DNA of 64,000 nucleotides. Source: Octopus sinensis (taxonomy: Eukaryota). A program made the translations under genes and the position numbers. The stretch covers positions 22,754,001 to 22,818,000 of the forward strand of contig NC_043002.1 of assembly GCF_006345805.1 (NCBI RefSeq), written 5' to 3'. This document shows, piece after piece, positions 14,308 through 64,000 of this stretch; position 1 is the first letter of the stretch; each line of letters begins with the position of its first letter. Below the pieces are notes generated by a model. It was not told the origin of the DNA and made no database searches. It worked only from the letters and a program-made list of their open reading frames with translations.

Positions 14308-14339
14308 AGGAAAGAGGAGAGGGAGGATGAAGTAGAGAG

Positions 14340-14520
14340 TGATGCAAATGATTATCACGTCCAGGAGAACTAAAATGACGAGCTCCAGGTTGAAATGGTT
14401 CAGAGTTGTTAGTTTGGACGTATGGAAGATGTTCTCCACAGCAATCTGTTTATTTCCGACCAGTGTCTCCTATATTTACAATGTACCGGATTGTTGGCAT
14501 TTCATGTTGTAAATGAAGTT
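14340..14520 (-). mobile_element. GIY-YIG endonuclease relic (Penelope-like)
   Basis: GDTGRK..DCCGEHL..ARHF. Confidence 0.55.
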
Positions 14521-15039
14521 GTTTATTGTACAAGGAAAGTGGGGAACTATGTACTATTGATAGAACAGTGCTGTAATATCTGTCCTTTCATTATAAAATG
14601 AAGGGACAGATAAATCAGGCGAAGAATCTAGTTTTGGGTGTGATGAATAAATAAGCAACTCTGAAAATAAGTGAAAGGAACTCTAGGAATTACGGTCACG
14701 TCTGAAAGAATGAAGGGAACGTTCCAAGAAGATGGCGTAAATGGCGAGGTCAGACTGCTTCTCTTCATCTTCTACCCTACCACGCTATCACCCCAACATA
14801 CCATTCCACAACCCTTTTTGTCCTGCACAGTCTGACTCCGCTATTTGCACTAATTAGTCCATGATAGCTCTTTGTTTCTTCAGCACACTCACTCTTCGTC
14901 CTTCGCCTGCTTTTTCTTCCACTGTAGGACTTATCCATCCAGAAAAAGAAAAAAAACGTCATCATGCACGTATCTAACCCTTATTGTTACATTGTCAACT
15001 CCTTCACTTATACCACAAACAACCTCACTTATTGAATAA

Positions 15040-15180
15040 AATACTAAGTGATATAACATATATTGGAGAAACTGGTCGGAGATTCGTAGACAACTGTGGA
15101 GAGCATCTTGGACCTTTACAAAAAAGAGTCCAACTTAATATCAGATCACTGACCTGTTGCTCGTCATATCACTTTTCATG
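15040..15180 (+). mobile_element. GIY-YIG endonuclease relic (Penelope-like), inverted relative to the 14340 relic
   Basis: YIGETGRRFVDNCGEHL. Confidence 0.65.
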
Positions 15181-15200
15181 AACACCGCAGCTCTCTATTT

Positions 15201-15259
<59 letters not shown>

Positions 15260-15784
15260 CTTTCTTTCTCTTCTTTCTGTTCAAGGATCAGCCGCTTTCC
15301 GTTTGCCCAAAGAACAACGATTTTTTTTTTTTTACAATCCACTCACCTAACAAAGCTCCTGTGTATTTCACACAGCATTTTCTGTTGGAACGATGCTGCT
15401 TTTGTTTTATAAAAAAGAAGTTCATGCAGCGTCGTTCATGTTAGCAGACCACGTGCTTTCAAGTGGAGGAAAAGCACAGGTTGGTGGATCACATGCCTTC
15501 ATATGAAAGAAAACTCTCAACCGAGGACGACAAAAGGACTGTGCAATCTCACCGTGTCTGGAAATCATTTGCCGTACGTTTGAGCGAAGGTTAAGACCCA
15601 TGTCAAGGAATGAGTGTCCAGCGTCGGTGAAAGGTAAGGTTTTATGCAAAATGGCTACTACATGTAGCGGCTTAATTAGGGGAAGCCGAAATATGAGAAA
15701 TCTTTAATAAACTATTATTAAATTTGAACATTCTTTGACTGTTTACTACTAATCATAAGCTTTTGTGCCTGAAATATATAAATA

Positions 15785-15815
15785 CTAGTTATTTTGACCC
15801 GTGCTACGCTCGGGT
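15785..15815 (-). mobile_element. Helitron-like 3' terminus (hairpin plus CTAG)
   Basis: ACTAGTTATTTTGACCCGTGCTACGCTCGGGT; 5' end not found. Confidence 0.45.
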
Positions 15816-16194
15816 TTTGGTGGTGGTGTTGTTTTGCGCGAGTTGTCTCCTTTTCCCTTTCTTCTTTTGTTCGTCTTCTTTGCCTGGTTCTTTTAATTGC
15901 CCTCTTCTTTACCCTCCCCTTTCCAAAATCCCCCAAATTTTTATACCCACAATTAAAGATAACCGCCTGTAGCCCCTGCAGCAACACGAAAAGCCACTGT
16001 TATTCAAACAGCGCAACCTGTCTTTCCCATAAAACTCAATTTTTCCCATATTCCTCACCATGTTGTTACGCTGTGTATGCTCAATCTAAGCCAACTCTCT
16101 ACGTGTCTTCTTAAGTGATTTTTATGTCCCGTCATGCTGAAGCAGACTCTCCCACATTCATCACGTCACCATCTTCACTCTGGTCATCCACCCG

Positions 16195-16733
16195 TATACA
16201 TACATACATACATACATACATACATACATACATACAAACATACACATATACATGCATACATGCATACATACATACATACATGCATACATACATACGTACA
16301 TACATACATGCATACATACATACATACATACATGCATACATATATACATACATACAAACAAACATACTTACATACATACATACATACATACATACATGCA
16401 TGCTTGCGTGCATGCATACATACATACATACATACATACAAACATACATACATACATACATACATACATACATACAAACACATACATACATACATACATA
16501 CATGCATACATACATACATAAAACATACATACATACATACATACATGCATACATACATACATATATACATACAAACAAACAAACATACATACATACATAC
16601 ATACATACATACATGCATACATACAAACATACATACATACATGCATACATACAAACATACATACATGCATACATACATACATACATACATACATGCATAC
16701 ATACATACATACATACATACATACATACATACA

Positions 16734-16762
<29 letters not shown>
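16195..16762. repeat. Long interrupted (TACA)n microsatellite
   Basis: Direct; source of the spurious MYVC/HTYI ORFs. Confidence 0.95.
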
Positions 16763-16764
<2 letters not shown>

Positions 16765-17143
16765 CAAAATACAAATATCCTGTTGATGTTGAAACGCCAA
16801 ACAAGAAGCCTTGGATCTAGGTTAGAAACCAGCTCTTTCTCTATTGGCAAGAAATCTTGAAATAAAACTGAATAATGACATACATACTTGTATGTATTTT
16901 GTAGACAAAGGGTTGATGGTAGATGTCGTATGTTCATGTATCGACATAGCACCCGAACAGTTTCTTAGCCTTGCATCTTTTGTATATTTCCTTTCGATTT
17001 TCAGTAAAGAAATACCATTTCCTTTATTAGGGTGTTTACATATTTCGAAAAATAAAATCAGTAAAAATGAGCGAACAAAGATATTTCTAAATAATATGAA
17101 AGAAACGTATGAAGAATTTATTTGTTATCAATCGACCATTTAA

Positions 17144-62640
<45,497 letters not shown>

Positions 62641-63000
62641 CGTGATGGCATACTCATTGGCGATAACCAAATCCGTCTCGTTCGCAGCAGCAGCTACTTG
62701 GTATAGCACCACAGATCAGCAACGCCAGGACTTCAAACGAGTGCGCGCTGAACAGTTTTGTTGCTCCGTATGTACCCCTGACAGACCCATCCGTTGACAC
62801 TTCCAGTAGACCAAAGATTCCAGTAACTTTCCCAAAGTAGTCCCCGACTCGCAAGCCCTGTACAAAACAAAACCAGCTAGTTTATTTTCATCGACACCCA
62901 AAGCTTCCCCTAGAACGCCTAGTCGGCGCTCTTTTCCTATACTAAATCTCTAAAGATTGCTAAATGGAACTTCTGCCGATTCCATTACTTGATTGATAGA

Positions 63001-63044
63001 GGGCGGTAAGCGTCTGACGACATTCCGCTTGCCAGGCAACCAAT
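63001..63044. promoter_or_regulatory. Putative promoter motifs: GC box, RFX X-box-like CTTGCCAGGCAAC, CCAAT
   Basis: GGGCGG at 63001, X-box-like motif at 63028-63040, CCAAT at 63040-63044, about 360 nt upstream of the putative ATG. Confidence 0.35.
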
Positions 63045-63695
63045 ACTGGCAGGGCTGGATTTAGACCTTAGTGGGAGCCCAAGGCTCATAGATATTAGGA
63101 CTCCTCCGATTTTGCGTATACAGGATGAGCCAAAAGTCACGCCCCAAAATATTTTGACATTTTATTTATATTACATAATTATTATATTCATTCAGTTTTT
63201 TATCATGTACATACAGTATGTGTAAATTCAATTTTATTTTATTTATTTTATTCAATTTTAGAAAGATTGAAGCATGTCTGACAATTCCCGAGCGCATTGA
63301 ACTTATTTTGTGCTGGCCCACACTGTATAATTTTCAACTGTTTAAATGTGGAAAATAGGAATGTGCATCGCAAAAGCAAATATAATGTTGTAAATAGTCT
63401 AAGTACAAAGAACATTTAAAAGTTCATATCAATTTTGTATTTTTTAATGTTTTTTTTTCTTTCTTTCAGCTATTCCTTAACTATAATGGCTGATAACTTT
63501 TTGATAGTTTCTGGCCTGTTGAGGTTACTTTGTTCATTTGTTTGAAAAGTGCATTGCTGTTAACTGGCTTCTTATTATATCAGAAGAAAACATACCAAAA
63601 GTATTTCAAAAATGCAATACTTACAAAAAAAGCTAATTCAAAACATACGAGAATAGAGAGGACCCATTAAATCTAGAGACCCCGATCACTTAGAC

Positions 63696-63760
<65 letters not shown>

Positions 63761-64000
63761 TGCTGCAGCAGCAGCAGAATCAGCAGCGTTACCTTACCTT
63801 GTCCAGATTCTTCATCTCAGTTACGCTGGCCTTTTCCACACTGAATATTCGATCAATCAATGTGCGCCACATGTTGAGGTGGCATTCTCTCGACTGACGT
63901 GACATATCCTCATTGCTGACAAGTTGCCTCACACGGCATGGCATATGCAGAGGGTCCAGCAGCTCGGCTACATTGGACCGAATTTTGTTCTCCTGGAAAA

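Overview
This is AT-rich animal genomic DNA saturated with microsatellites and SINEs. The SINE families match what I recall from Octopus genomes, so the organism is an inference. Most listed ORFs are microsatellite artefacts. By hand I reconstructed a phase-consistent 26-exon minus-strand gene (CDS 62640 to 17144, about 791 aa) encoding a very divergent BCR/ABR-type DH-PH-C2-RhoGAP protein. Its RhoGAP arginine finger is replaced by Leu and its DH catalytic residues look eroded. Facing it tail-to-tail is the terminal exon (8362-9220, +) of a second BCR/ABR-like paralog with a lysine-rich KKGKKSKK-repeat tail. Introns and the intergenic region hold Penelope-like elements, pogo, mariner and Tc1 transposons, CR1, RTE and R4-type LINE relics, non-autonomous Helitrons, MITEs and several tRNA-SINE families. 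There are five hammerhead-ribozyme motifs: one with an intact core at 46434-46532, two in a head-to-head tRNA-SINE/hammerhead palindrome at 31294-31830, and two relics. All translations and coordinates are manual, and family motifs are quoted from memory. No database search was run.
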